From contig JBHGNT010000018.1 in the NCBI GenBank assembly GCA_043228905.1, positions 6,758,001 to 6,822,000 on the forward strand: 64,000 nt of DNA, read 5' to 3'. This stretch comes from Azolla caroliniana. Taxonomy: Eukaryota; Plantae; Polypodiophyta. How positions within the stretch are numbered: position 1 is the first letter of the stretch; every line of letters starts with the position of its first letter. A program made the translations under genes and the position numbers. The notes beneath the pieces were generated by a model that worked only from the letters and a program-made list of their open reading frames with translations, was not told where the DNA came from and did not search any database. This document shows positions 51,301-64,000 of the stretch, in pieces.

Positions 51301-54098
51301 AATGGGTTATATACGCTATAGTAAATCTCCATGGGGTGCACCTGTTCTCTTGGTAAAAAAGAAAGAGGGCACTTGGTATTAATTACCGACGCATGAATAA
51401 AGTGATGATCAAGAATTCATATCCATTGCCCCGGGCTGACGATCTAATTGACTGTCTCCAGGGAGCTCGGTATTTTACGAAACTTGATCTTCGTACGGGC
51501 TACCATGAAATTGATCCTTCTCGCATTGAGAAAGTCAAACTTTGGCCCACTCTTCGGAATATTCGAGAAGTTCGATCATTCCTTGGTTTTGTCTGGTTTT
51601 TGCAATAATCTCTTCGTAATTACTGCCAATTGACGACACCGTTTATTGATCTTCTCAAAGGTCAAACACGTAAGTCTACAAAACCTATTGTGTGGAATGC
51701 TACCCTAGACCTCGCCTTTAAGGAACTCAAGGACTTGGTGTGCAAGGCTCCTTCGCTTCTTTTACGAGATGCTTCAAAACCTTTTCAGGTTGAAACCGAT
51801 GCAAGCGATTATGCTATAGGTGTTGTCCTATATCAAGATGGTAAACCAATAACATTTGAGAGTAAGAAACTTGATTCTGCTCAGTGTTGGTATATCGTGC
51901 AAGAAAAGGAATTATTTGCAGTTATTCATGCGCTCAAGACATGGCGCCATTATCTTTATGGAAATCGTTTTGTGGTAATTATGGACCACGAGTCCTTGAA
52001 ATAATTTTGTGACCAACAAGACCTTAAAGGTCGTAAGGCACGATGGCCAGATCTCATCCATGACTTTGATTTTTCCATACGATATTGTAAAGGTTCCATG
52101 AACACTGTCACTGATGCACTGAGTCACATCCGTGAAGTTAACATGCGTAGCTTCACTGAAATAACATCAGATCTTTATGATCACCTTCAAGGAAAGTATC
52201 CTGATGACAATTATTTTGCAAAATACTGGGCAAGAGTTGAGTTTGGAACAGACACCACCACATTCTCGAAGGAATCCTTCCACATTGCTAATGGTCTGCT
52301 GTACCGTAATGGGAAGGTTTGTGTTCCAAATTTGCCTGAGGTCAAAAAGAGAATTCTTTTTGAATGCCATGATGTACCCTCAGCAGGGCACCCTCGAATA
52401 TATCGTACACTCGTTCTCATCTCCACTCAATTCTATTGACCTAAGAGGTGTCTTGACATACAAAGCTATGTGACTAAATGTCACTAGTGTCAGGTCAACA
52501 AAGCCGAGAGACTTAAAGCCGCAAGACTTTTACATCCCTTGGACATTCCCAATAATAAGTGGGAAAGTATATCCATGGGTTTTATTGTTAACTTTCCTCG
52601 CACCCAAAAAGGCCATGATGCCATATGGGTTGTGGTTGATCGACTAACTAAAATGGCCAGATTTATTGCTACTAAAACCGCGGTAACAGCTCCTGAATTG
52701 GCTTACCAATTCGTTGACGAGTTATTTCATTTTTATGGGTTACCAATGGATATCATGAGTGATTGAGATTCAAAGTTTACTAGCGATTTTTGGACGCAAG
52801 TCTTTAAGAAGTTAGAAACTACATTGAGCATGAGCTCCACGGATCATCCTCAATCCGATGGACAGACAAAACGCGTAAATCAAATGATTGGGGACATGCT
52901 CTGTGCATATGTTGCTACAAAACGAACAAAATGGGAACGTTATCTCCCAATTTTGGAGTTTTCTTATAACAGCTCCAAGCATACATTGATGGGATATAGT
53001 CCTTTTATGTTGATGTATGGTTTTCAGCCACGAGGCTTGATTGATGTTAATATACATCATGATGAGTTGCGAGGTACGCAAAGCTTTCTTCGGGATAAGC
53101 AAGATATGTTGCATATTGCAGAAGATAATTATAAAACAGCTCAAGATAGAGTGCGTTTTTATGCCGATCATAATAGGCAACCTCGTGTATTCAACCCTGG
53201 ACAGAAAGTATTTTTACGTGTACCTCATAATTCTAAGACATTGTTTACGGGTAAGTGCGCTAAGTTAGCCCCATGGTTTTGTGGACCTTTTACAGTCCTC
53301 AAACGCATTGGCTCATTAGCCTATCGTCTTGCTCTTCCTGATGGCATTGAAATCCATCCAATTTTTCATGTAAGTCATCTAAAAGAACTTCTTGGTTCTG
53401 GTGACAGTACAATGACAACTCAAACTCTGGTTACTTTTGAAGAATTATCTTCTAAACCACATGTACCAGAAAGAATTGTCTCTGTTAAAACAAAAAATTT
53501 GTGTTCTAAAATAATCCGAGAATTTAAAATTAAATGGATAGATAAGTCTATAAAAGATGCCACATGGGAACGTGAAAATACTCTTAGAACTAACTTCCCT
53601 AACTTTCCATTGCAAGAGAGCAATGTTTTAAAGAGGGGGAGTATGTTATGGGCATGACCATATAATATCCCGTGGTGAGAATTTACTGTAGTATTCTATA
53701 CACGTGGATAAAGTGTGAGGGTTAAATGAGAGTGTAAAGAAGGGGAGGATTACTTTTAATCCTCGGGATTGAGACAACCCATTAGGCCAAGTGTGAAGTT
53801 GCATAGGGGCCTTAGGTCTGGCTATAAATATGAGGCCTAACTACCCTCATTTGACAAATGATTGACTATATCGAGAATTTGACATTGTGGTGGGTCAACT
53901 CTTGTAGTGAGTGTGCCTGCACCAGGTGCGACTCGACACCACGACGGTGGTATGGGACGCCGATTGAGGCTCGAGTCCGTTTCAATCCCTTCGCTCGGGG
54001 GTGGTCAGGTGGATCGACACCCATCTTTCTCTCTCTCCTTCTTATTTATCTATCTTTTATCCTTATCATATGCTTACATTAGTAGCTAAGCTCTAACA
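48303..54098 (+). mobile_element. Ty3/gypsy chromovirus with both LTRs, decayed (LTRs 48303-48762 and 53644-54098; gag, protease, partly deleted RT, RNaseH, integrase, chromodomain-like tail)
   Basis: TG..CA LTR pair; PBS TGGTATCCGACC; PPT AAGAGGGGGAG; TSD ATCTG/ATTTG; [44 protein letters not shown] and IKW....DATWE motifs. Confidence 0.93.
49144..49748 (+). mobile_element. Solo-LTR-like insertion in the chromovirus gag
   Basis: Starts TGTTGT with an internal CTATAAAAG. It is flanked by an AGTTT duplication; removing it restores gag GTS-LQHH. Confidence 0.65.
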
Positions 54099-56967
54099 AT
54101 TTGTGACGTACTCCAATATCTTCATCTTCCCCTTCTCTTTGCACGTAACCGTCTCCTCGGTTTCTGGCGTGGGAACTGCACAACTGAGTTTTCACTGTTC
54201 ACCATCTCTTCATTCGACTTGTCGTTCCGACTCAACTCTTCATTCAATCCACTCAGCTAGAATGAAGCCGAACTCTCTTCCAAAGGTTCGATTTCTTCTT
54301 CCTCGAATACCATCTCGGCCTCATTGGCCTAATTCTTAGTAATCGGTACAGGGTTGTCAAGGGTCGGAGATGGAAGAGAATACCAAGATGCCGATTCGTC
54401 AAAGATGACGTTGCAGCTCACTCGAACTTGTTTCGTCCAGGGATTGTAGTATTTGTACCCCTTTTGTTCATGAGAGTAGTTGACCAAGATACACTTCTCC
54501 AACTTGGCGTCCAGCTTCTTCCGCTTCTCATCTAGCATATGCACATATGCAATGCTACTGAATACCCTCAGGTGTTTCAAATTCGGCTTGCACCCAAAAT
54601 ACAGCTCATGTGATGACGTCTTTCCTCCATGTGCAGAAATTTGATTCTGGATGTATACAATCGTCCGAATGGGTTCAACTTAGTAAAATTTGGGCATGCT
54701 CTTCTCTTCTAGCATTGCCCTAACCATTTCCATAATTGACTGGTTCTTCCTTTCGGCTACGCAATTCTGCTCTGGCGTATATCTACAGCTGAATTTGCGT
54801 TGAATTCCCATTTGCTGCAGATAACAATTGAATTGGCCGGAAAAGTATTCTTTTCCCCCATCCAACCGTAGAGACTTGATTTTCCTCTCTGTTTCCCTCT
54901 CTACAAGATTCTTCAAGTTTCAGAAATAGGAGAAGACATCACTCTTCTTTTCTATGAGATAAATCCATGTGTGTCGGCTATAGTCGTCGATGACGGAGAT
55001 GAAGTATCGACTCCTGCTAATACTCATGTTCTATGCCGGTTCCCACACATCCGAATGAATTAGGTCGAGCTTGTTACGGCTCTAATTTCGCTCATTGGGG
55101 AAAGGAAGCCAGTGTTGCTTCCCTAATTAGCAGACTTCACATACTTGGGTCTTCCGGCAATTGAACTTCGGCAAGCCAAACACAATCTGTTTTGCTTGCA
55201 GCTCCTAAAGCCTTTGAAAATTGACATGACCGATCCGCTTATGCCACAAGTTGATATCTTATTCGACTTTTTGTCCTTTGGCAAACATTGCGATGCCGAC
55301 GTTGTTCGCGTCGAGGATGAACATCCTCCCTTCTTGTCGCCTTTGTACAATGATTTGTCCTTCTTCTTCAATGAAGCAGCCAAGGTGGGTGAACCGAACC
55401 TTCATTCCTTGTTCGACAATTTGTTCGACCGGCACCAAATTCTTGGTGATTATTAGAAGGTGCAGGAAGTTCATTAGTCTCCCTTTTTGGCCGACATGGT
55501 TCAAGGGGACGTCACCGACATGCTCGATGGGATGTGAGGAATCGTCACTGGTTTCGATGACCCCCGGTTGTTTCGGCTTCTCCAGATATGAGAATCACTC
55601 TTCGTGGCTCGTCATGTGATTTGATGCTCTGGAATCGACATACCACACCCCATTTGGTTTCGAGGTGCTCGTCTTCATCGAGTTGCCTTACACTTCATTA
55701 CAAATGCAGGACCCATTCCGACTTGGTTCGAGCCTTTAGCGAAGTGCGATTGTTGCCGATTTCCTTGTGCTTTGCCTGACTTGGCTTTGTCAGAGTTGGC
55801 CTTCTTCTTCCAACACTCGCTTTCCTTGTGACCCTTCCAGCACTCGCTTTCCTTGTTTTGCCTACCTGTGGCACCACCCTAACTCCCTCTACTTGTGGAG
55901 GGTCCATTGTTGTCGGCACTTCGTTTGTGCCTTTGCTTCTGCTCTTGTTGGTCGCCACCATTGCGTGCCGATCCACCACGTTCTCCATGACCACGGGTCC
56001 TATCTGCCTGTCGGTTGGTCGGTGCCAAAGCTTGTGAACCAACTGTTGGTCGGTTATCTGGAATATGAACAATTCGTTAACACATAAGATAGAGTACAAG
56101 AGAGAGAGAGAGAGCAGACAACAAAAATTCTATATATTAGAAACAAAACGCTCAGTTACTTACATAGTGCTTATGTGCACTTTATATATACAAGCCCATC
56201 TATCAGGGCCATTAAGAAGTATTGACATGTACTTCAATGCTCTTAAAAGAACACCTGACACTAATTCCCTACGTTGAACCTATTTAATAAAATAGGCCTA
56301 CTCGGCATGTGTGGCATTCCGGACGGCTTCCGCAGCCGCTCTGTCATCCGGTCCGGATCCGTCATCTGGATCCAACATCCGATCCGTTGTCAAGATTTGG
56401 TATTCGGCTTCTTCAGCCGATCCAGCATCCGGTCCAGAACCCAGTCTGGAGCTTAGGCTTATCGACTTTAGTGGGCCTAGCCAGCCAAATTGATTCTGGT
56501 CTGGTCTACCTGTTGTCCAGCCGGTCCGACCCATCATGAGCTTGCTCGCTCAACAAGTACAATGATGTAATCTATTCCAAGGTATTAGTCATCCTAATAT
56601 CCATCGGTATGGCATGCCAGTGGTAGGTTGGTTATGTCTTGATCATAGCTCGGGGTGGGTCGGGTGGAAGAGGTTCTTTTATCCAATCTATTTACTTTAC
56701 TTTTAATTTAATTGGCCTATTGTTAATTTAATTAGCCTATTGTTTAGTAATAATCTCTTAATAGTCATCAATCAAGAAAGTCAAGATGGGGATCAATTTG
56801 TTGTCCATTTCGGGGCAAAGCCAATAGGTGTTATATAGAAAAAGTATGCCCAAGTGAAGAGAGAGTTATGGGGTATTGTGTCAACTTTCAAAGTAGATCA
56901 TGACTATTTAGTTAGGACAGATGTTATTATTGAGAGAGTTTGTCTTCTAATACCTGATAGCCATGTT

Positions 56968-57867
56968 CTTTCAGTATACTGTGAAATTTGGTAGAACCTT
57001 ACTCATGTCTAAGAATATTCCAACTCTTGTGGCTCAAAAGCACTGGAATAAGTGGGGTGTATCAAGCAGTCATTTGAAGGCTTATTGGAAATGGATTTGG
57101 TCTTTTAGGGAACCAACAAAATAGACTCTCTTCAGATGGCTTTTGCTACCTGCAGCACTACCGATAGGTCAATATTTGAAAGGAAACGTGGCACCCGTTC
57201 TTAGACAATGTAGTTATTGTGGTGACTTGCAGGAAACTACCCAACATGCTCTCTGGTCCTGTTCACTAGCTCAACAGGTATGGAATATAGTTCTTTCTTT
57301 ATTCCTGACAATTAATGTAGGTTGCCTATTCTCTTGGGGATCAGCGGTATGGGGGGTTCTCCATTCCAGTCTATTCTTGTATGAGGCAGATGATGCTCTA
57401 GAGGCTAAGACTGTCATCAACAGGCATTTAATATCTATCTCGCCTTTTCAACAGCCTCGAAAGCAAATGCGTGCAGCCCAAGTATGGAAAACAATATCCA
57501 CGGTTACATTATGGACCTTATGGAAGTATCGATGTAAAAGACAATATGATTCCGTAGTACCCCTTCTCTCAAATATATTGCTAGAATTATGGGACAACTT
57601 ACTGGCGGTAGTGCGTGGGCAGTATGACAATATGTCGGGCCCTTCGGAGGTTGTTCTTAAGAAAAGGAAAAAAATACTACAATTATGGAGGAAGTTGCCT
57701 CTATTCACGATCTCCTCTCAAGGACCAATCTGGAAGTATCATCATCCCTGGCCCTTCCCCTGATTATCCTTTTTGTATATAATACTCTCTAAATTGTACA
57801 GTTTGTAGCCTTATGGCGTTTTTTCTTAATACTAATGAAGGAAATCTTTTTGGAAGAAAAAAAAAAA
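56968..57867 (+). mobile_element. 5'-truncated LINE 3' end (zf-RVT) with poly-A
   Basis: CSYCG..QETTQHALWSC and LWTLWKYRC motifs; A-tail to about 57868; 16-bp TSD ACCT(G/A)ATAGCCATGTT at 56952-56967 and 57868-57883. Confidence 0.88.
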
Positions 57868-58082
57868 ACCTAATAGCCATGTTGAGATGGATAATTTATA
57901 TTAAATCATTTAACCTAAAGGTTCAAGATGTGGTTGGGAAGGATAATGTCATGGCCAAAAGGTTGCCTAGAGATAGATACAAAGGAGAAGGCAAGACATT
58001 TTGGATAATGAAGATGATTTGGAATTTTTAAAATTAGCTCTTGCAATCACTGAATGGGATGTTGTGGGAACATTTTCCACAT

Positions 58083-58290
58083 TCAAGGAAAGAAAATACA
58101 TAGGGGGAAATGCCTTCTTTCCTCTCGGCAGTTCGGTCAATTCGTATGTGTGGTTCTCATGCAAGGAATCCATCTCCTCTTGCATGGCACTTAACCACTT
58201 TCTGATGTGGGTATCTTACTTAGCTTCTTCAAAGCTTTCCGGCTCCTCCTCATCGGTTAGCAGTACAGGTTCTTCATCCGGAAATCTTCG
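58083..58290 (-). mobile_element. Copia RT N-terminal fragment
   Basis: EPESFEEA..W..AMQEEMDSLHENHTYEL.ELP.GKKA motif. Confidence 0.75.
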
Positions 58291-59525
58291 AAAGGCGATT
58301 GCATAGAGACTGTTTCTTGAGCTAAATGATGTTAGACTCTTTGTGGTTCAAGAAGGAGTTGAGGAATTGGAAGAAGGCATACAAGTACTTCCTACAAGGA
58401 GTGTATCTTTGGAGCACTCAAAGAAGAGGATGGGCACATCATTGAGACTTGTTTACAAGGAGTACAAGAATAAAAATCTTTAAGAAGTGGAAAGAGAAGG
58501 AGTTGAACCTCGTGGCAAATGAAGGTGGTGATGAACAAGACTCAACGAGTGAGGGAAGCGAGGGGTGACTACCTTCAACCCATCATTTGTGGCACATAAT
58601 GGAGGATGTGCAAGTTTTGTGAGGGTGGATGTCGTGACGTGGTATTTAGAGGATAAAGTGTTTAAAATTAAAGTTTAGGCTAAGGGTATAATTGAAGACA
58701 TAGTGAAAAATGACATATGAGAGATGGAACCAAAATCAAGAACTAAAGGTAACTTGAGTGGTGAAAATTATTCGCTCAAAATGATAAGATCAAGGGTTTG
58801 AACCTTGTCAAGAGAGCTCTAAAGGGAATATGGGAGCTCTAGTGATGATAAAAGGCAACGTGGCCATGAACCATAGGTTCTATGCCGAAACTCAAGGATA
58901 ATTTTGACACAAATCCCAATAGATTTTTCATCTTCTTTGCTTTATTCACCCATGTAACATGGTAGAGGATATCAACCTCAATTGTACTTTTCTCCAAGGT
59001 TTGGGAGCTCTTAAGAACTACTATAAATGTTCTTATCTACAACCATATACATTTGGAATATCTGTGTCATTTACCATTGAACAAAGATGACTACGGAATT
59101 TTCAGTTTAGAACTTCGATACCCATGTAGAAATTTGTGTGAAAAATTGTTATTTTTGTAAGGCATGAAATTTGGACCTTGAATCATAACAATTCCACCAC
59201 CCTTGACGAAAAAACACTCCAAGACAGTCGAAACAAAATTTTTGGATAAAAAATCCATGCCCTAGAGCATCTTGTATGTTAGAATGGGAAACTTATGAGT
59301 GTCAAAAGTTAAACTAGGTACATTGTGTCAAATCTTGGGTGTACTATCAGGACAATGCTTATGATGGCTTAGGAAGAATCCATTGTGTTTTGAATCCACG
59401 AAGGCCCCAAAGCCTTGTGGAATTGATTCCATGAGAGCACAACCCACAAAGAATTTTAAATTATATGAAGGACTCATTTTTCCATGCCAGGGAAAAAATG
59501 AAGCCACCCCCTCTCTACTGCTTGC

Positions 59526-59528
<3 letters not shown>

Positions 59529-59581
<53 letters not shown>

Positions 59582-59775
59582 ATTATCGTCATCGGAGGTC
59601 AAATATGACCTATGAGACCAAAAATATTACATTTCACGTGATATGTGTGAAAGTGAGCAATGACTATTGATGTTCAAGAACTTTACCAATGTTGCAATCG
59701 AGAGTGCACATTATGGTTGTGAGAGAAATTCTTGCAACGATTGGGCTCGGTCGAAGAGTTGTGGAACGCATGGTT

Positions 59776-59842
<67 letters not shown>
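59529..59842. repeat. Two (AG)n microsatellites (about 59529-59577 and 59778-59842)
   Basis: Direct reading. Confidence 0.9.
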
Positions 59843-59847
<5 letters not shown>

Positions 59848-60089
59848 AAAAACACTTTCACATTTAGCCCTCCCCCTTGCTTGTTCAGTGAACCATTTAT
59901 GGTGAGCAAGATAAAAAGAAGAAAAAAAACTCCTTCGCCTTATGGTAGGCTATAGACAAAGAAGGAGTATAAATACTAAAAATATAAGAAATTATTGAGT
60001 GAGAAAAAACCTCCGTTACGCGGTAGAAAAAAACCCCACGCTTTTAGACACACCCACACACACATTGACAATTGTCATCACCATCTTTC

Positions 60090-63000
60090 TCCTTGTCAAC
60101 ACAAAGAAACACGTTACTACAATTATTATGTCTTCGTCAACTCTCCAAACACAAGTAGGGTCATCCGATACATAACTCTGATAGAAGTAAGCATGTCAAC
60201 ATATGAATAAATCTTTCGAGTGAGCGAACCTTTTGCACAAATACCTTTAAAGCTTCGAGACTTGTTGGATTTGTCTTCTTTTGAATTCCTTTGATCTTTG
60301 ATTCATCCACATGAATTCCTTCTTGGCACACCACATTCTCCACACTAACTTGTTTTGTGTAAATGACTATTTCATCTACAATCTCATCTCGGAAAGGAAG
60401 TGAAAATTGATATTGTTTGGTTGAATCATTCAAGGGTTGGAAGTTGATGTCATTCTTCTTTGGAACTAGAACAATAGGTGGCACACACTTCAAATCCTCC
60501 ATATGATAAATGAAACTCTCTTGTAACAATTCTTTAAGATCTTCCTTTTGCACAATCTCCGATTGCTGAAGCATTTGGGCAATTGGTACACTCTCCTTCA
60601 ATTTGATGTAGTGTTTGACGCCATCTTCTCCTCTTATTCTGAAACACTTGATAACCACATTAACAATCGGCAACGGTTCGGTTTGAGAGGGTCCAAACCG
60701 AACCATTAATTTTTTTTTCAAACCGTTAAGCCATTAAACTGGTAAAACCGCGGTTTTGTAGTTCTGTTTCGGTTTTAAGCTTAGGTCAAATTTTAAAATT
60801 TAAATGTTTAAAAATTTCATTATTTTAAAACTTTACAATTTTAAAAGTTTCATTATTTAAATTTGTAAAATTTTAAAAACTTTCCCAAAATGTGAGAATA
60901 AGGCTTGAAAATGAAAAGATTATTTAAAAACAAAATTTTAAAAATTTTAATTTTTTTTTGAATTAAAAACAAAATTGTTAAACCGTTTAAACTGCGGTTT
61001 CTAACTGTTGAAACTGCACCGAAACCAAACCGAACCATTTTTTAAAACCTGAACCTGAACCGTTTAAACCATTAAGCCGTTAAGCCGTAGTTTCACGGTT
61101 CGGTTCGGTTCAAACCGAACCGTTGCCGATTCTTAAACCACATCCTCCACTATGCTAATACAATGTGCCACTCCACCAACTAATAGGAATTCCCACTTTG
61201 TTTACCACAAATTTAGAAATCAAGCTTACCCTAGCACCACTATCGACCAAGGCATCTTTGATGTGAAACCCCTTGATGGAGATGGGGATGGTTGGACATA
61301 TCTCCTTTCAATCTTCTACTCGCATGATCCCCACGTAATACATGGTTTTCGGACTTTTGCAAATACTCACAAGCCTTCCCCACTCCTTTCGTAATTTGGG
61401 AGATAATTGGAAAAGTTGCGGCCATGTTATCCTTAGTCCACTTGATACCAATTCATGCTTTAAATTAGAATCTTCTACATCTTCTCCCATAGGAATATCC
61501 TCCATCTTTATCTTCCTTTTGGAGTGTCTCCTTCTCAATTTCTCCTCTTTCTCATTCTCCTTCGACTTTTTCTTGTGTCTTGATGCACTAGATTCTCCCT
61601 CTACTTCTTTCTCCTTTTGAGATTCTCTTGTCCTTTTCAAATGAGTTACTTCACAAACATTTTGAATATCATCAATAAAATTAACAAGATTCACATTATG
61701 AGGAATCGTGGGAACCTGAGCCATAGGAAGTGTTATTGCTTCGCCTCCTTCGACTCCATGGGTGATAGGTTGTTGCCCATTCATTTGCAATTGATACATG
61801 CATCTTCACATACCTCTTTGTTGTCGATGAGGACATCTTGTTGAGATGTGTCCCTCCTCTTGACAAGAATAACAAATTACACCTTGATGCCTTCTAGAGC
61901 CACCACTATCAGGAATGGTGTTGTGAATTGTTGGAGATTGTCGCAAGTGGGCCATCACATCATCAAAGTGCTGATTCACCAAGGCCATAGTACCTTGTTC
62001 ACTCTTTCCTTGCTCCATTTCATGATATACGCCTACTAGATTTACTGTTTTGGTTGTATACACATTTGGAAATACTTGTCCACCATGCACAATTGAAGAT
62101 GAGGTCTGAAGATTGGTGGGAGGCATCAAGTTTGCACCAAAAGCCATCATTTGGGGAAATCCCATGGAACTCATCATCTTCACTTGCCGATCATAACCTT
62201 GACAAACTTGGATAAGAGCTTCAAAAGATGTTGGATCCTTCAAGTTTGCCTCCAAACAGAAATACATGTCAAGACCCATCTTGAATCGTTCCATCTTAAA
62301 CCACTCGTCTTCAATGCCACCACGAACGCGAATCCACATTGTCCACAAATCCTTGAAATTTCTTTCATACTCAATGAAACCAAGAGGTAATTCCATCTTT
62401 AGTCGAAAAAGTTCTTCCCTTACTTCGGTTGCACTTAGTTGTTGAATATATCTAGCCCGAAATTGATGCACCAACAATTGATATGCTCCTTGTTGGTTTG
62501 GTTGAAGGGAGTCATACCAATCTCGAGCTCGACCCTAGAATGTTGCTACCAACAAGGGAAACTTTTCATTGTCAGTGATGCGTCCAATAGAGATGGCATG
62601 ATGCTCAAAGGATACCAAAAGGCACCAACATCTTGTGTTCTTTCACCTGAGAATGCAAATTGCATTGCTAAAGCTAATGCAATACGCTAACACAAAGAAA
62701 AGATAAGACTTCCCTCCTATATGGAAAGGATTGATCCTCCTTGGAGCGCCAAAATGATAGGGTGTATAAGACAAATGATAGTCGTACACAATATGAGGGA
62801 TTCACCAAACCGATTAGAGAGAGTTGTGAATTATAATAGATTATAAATACCAAGGTGGTTACGAATTAGGGAGAGAAACTCAATAAATTAAGAGAAAAGA
62901 TAGAGATGACGAGAAAGAGATAAGAATGCTATAATATTCTACTATTGAGACAATACAATTGGGATAAACTCCAAATTCAACTAATGAACCAAAGAACTTC

Positions 63001-63243
63001 TTAACTTCCAATCACCCAAACCCACAAATTTCTTCACTATTCTACCTTAATCTCTTTCCTCCTTCAACTATACTTCCTTCTTCCCACTACTAAGACTCCT
63101 CCTTCTCTTCTAAGACTCTTCCTCTCTTCTAAGCCTCCCACTCTCTTCTAAGACTTCCCTTTTATAATCTTCTTATTATTTCTCTTTCCTCATTTTTTCA
63201 CGCTTTTTTAGAAGTTTTTTATCTCCTATTTTTAGCTATGACA
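60090..63243 (-). mobile_element. Decayed Athila/Tat-like gypsy: 5' LTR 62755-63243, PBS TGGCGCTCCAAGG, gag with CCHC, protease and RT remnants
   Basis: TGTCA..ATCA LTR; CYSCQEEGHISTRC; ITWPQLFQLSP; PPIVLVPKKN and GIHVDESKIKGI motifs. Confidence 0.75.
60661..61135. mobile_element. hAT-type MITE
   Basis: 25-bp TIRs TAA(C/G)AATCGGCAACGGTTCGGTTTG; 8-bp TSD AACCACAT (60653-60660 and 61136-61143); subterminal AAACCG repeats; AT-rich core. Confidence 0.92.
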
Positions 63244-63558
63244 CAACGACCTTCTAATCGTCATATTGCCCTCATCCGAGCTCCACATTTAGAGATTTAA
63301 AAAGATACAGAAAGCTCTCTTTACTAGCCATCTAACCCATATTTAAACATGTTGAGAATCAAAATCAACTTCCCATAGGAATGGTGTTCACAGTAGGTAG
63401 TGGACCACTTAGGAGGACATTTCTGTAATTAGTAGAAAGGGCATTTGCCCTAGACTAGTTGGTATTTAAACCAACCTTTTGTAACTGAGTAAACGTTGGA
63501 TGTAATATACAGTTTCTTATCTAGAACTCTCTCTCTCTCATTCTCTCTTATCTCACGT

Positions 63559-63560
<2 letters not shown>

Positions 63561-63635
<75 letters not shown>
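63561..63635. repeat. (AC)n microsatellite
   Basis: Direct reading. Confidence 0.95.
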
Positions 63636-63637
<2 letters not shown>

Positions 63638-64000
63638 CCTTCCGCTACACAGAAACGAAACAAAACCCAACTTGACACACATCGACTACCTAGCGTGGAA
63701 GCAGGCCGTGAGCTGTGTGTTGTATGGCCTTGCGTCATGCATTCATGACCACATGCTTGGCTATATTCGAGATTCAAAAACACTGAAAGAAGCTTGGGGA
63801 AATCTCACGAAGATTTTTGCGGCCTATACGGATGCATGAAAGCTCCAACTTTGATAGGAGGTAAACAACATGCAACAGAGGGACATGTTGATCACCGGCG
63901 ATACGTTGAAGATCAAGGAGTTGTGTGATGCCCTCGGTTCGATTAATGTTGTCATCGACAATGAAGAAATGGTGCAAATATGCCTCAACGGCTTGGCACC
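63636..64000 (+). mobile_element. Copia gag fragment (continues beyond the window)
   Basis: LASCIHDHMLGYIRD..TLKEAWGNL and KIKELCDALGSI...EEMVQICLNGL; homologous to 4150-4470. Confidence 0.8.

Larger units (their letters stand above)
46416..56555 (-). mobile_element. Decayed Ty1/copia element (5' LTR about 56065-56555 fused to deleted gag; protease, integrase, RT, RNaseH), interrupted at 48303-54098
   Basis: KIKSLRLDGGKEY, TWDLVD..KPIGCKWVYK, LVAKGYAQ, LHQMDIKNVFLQG, LYVDD, ALSSTKAEY and KHIEVHYHF motifs; LTR starts TGTTGAGCG. Confidence 0.88.
56760..58640 (+). mobile_element. Highly decayed gypsy RNaseH/3' end of the same family as 15622-21506, with an LTR start at about 58630
   Basis: YAQVKRELWGIVS and IAMLRWIIYIKSFN motifs; GGAGGATGTGCAAGTTT..GAGGGTGGA followed by TGTCGTG. 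Confidence 0.7.

Overview
Repeat-dominated eukaryotic nuclear DNA from a land plant; a fern or other non-seed plant is my inference from the transposon families and microsatellite style. Most of the window is nested, decayed LTR retrotransposons: Ty1/copia, Athila/Tat-like Ty3/gypsy, a chromovirus, and a divergent gypsy family with a tRNA-Trp PBS and a candidate -1 frameshift. Also present are two L1-type LINEs with target-site duplications (TSDs), a TRIM-like element, a hAT MITE and a decayed plastid ccsA insertion. The one clearly intact host gene is a 7-exon ACT-domain-repeat (ACR) gene (28725-32149, minus strand) with an ABRE-rich CpG-island promoter. The standout is a spliced gene at about 8104-11312 (+), buried between retroelement remnants. 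It encodes a ParB/Srx-like domain fused to a prokaryote/phage-type beta-class amino-DNA methyltransferase (DIPY ... QKP ... DLFSGTGTT). Four GT-AG introns splice it into 748 uninterrupted codons from 8740, and a near-perfect palindromic repeat cluster lies just upstream. It is a candidate intron-bearing, possibly mobile 6mA/4mC writer in a plant genome. Its 5' part carries one stop and one frameshift. All calls come from manual reading; no database searches were run.
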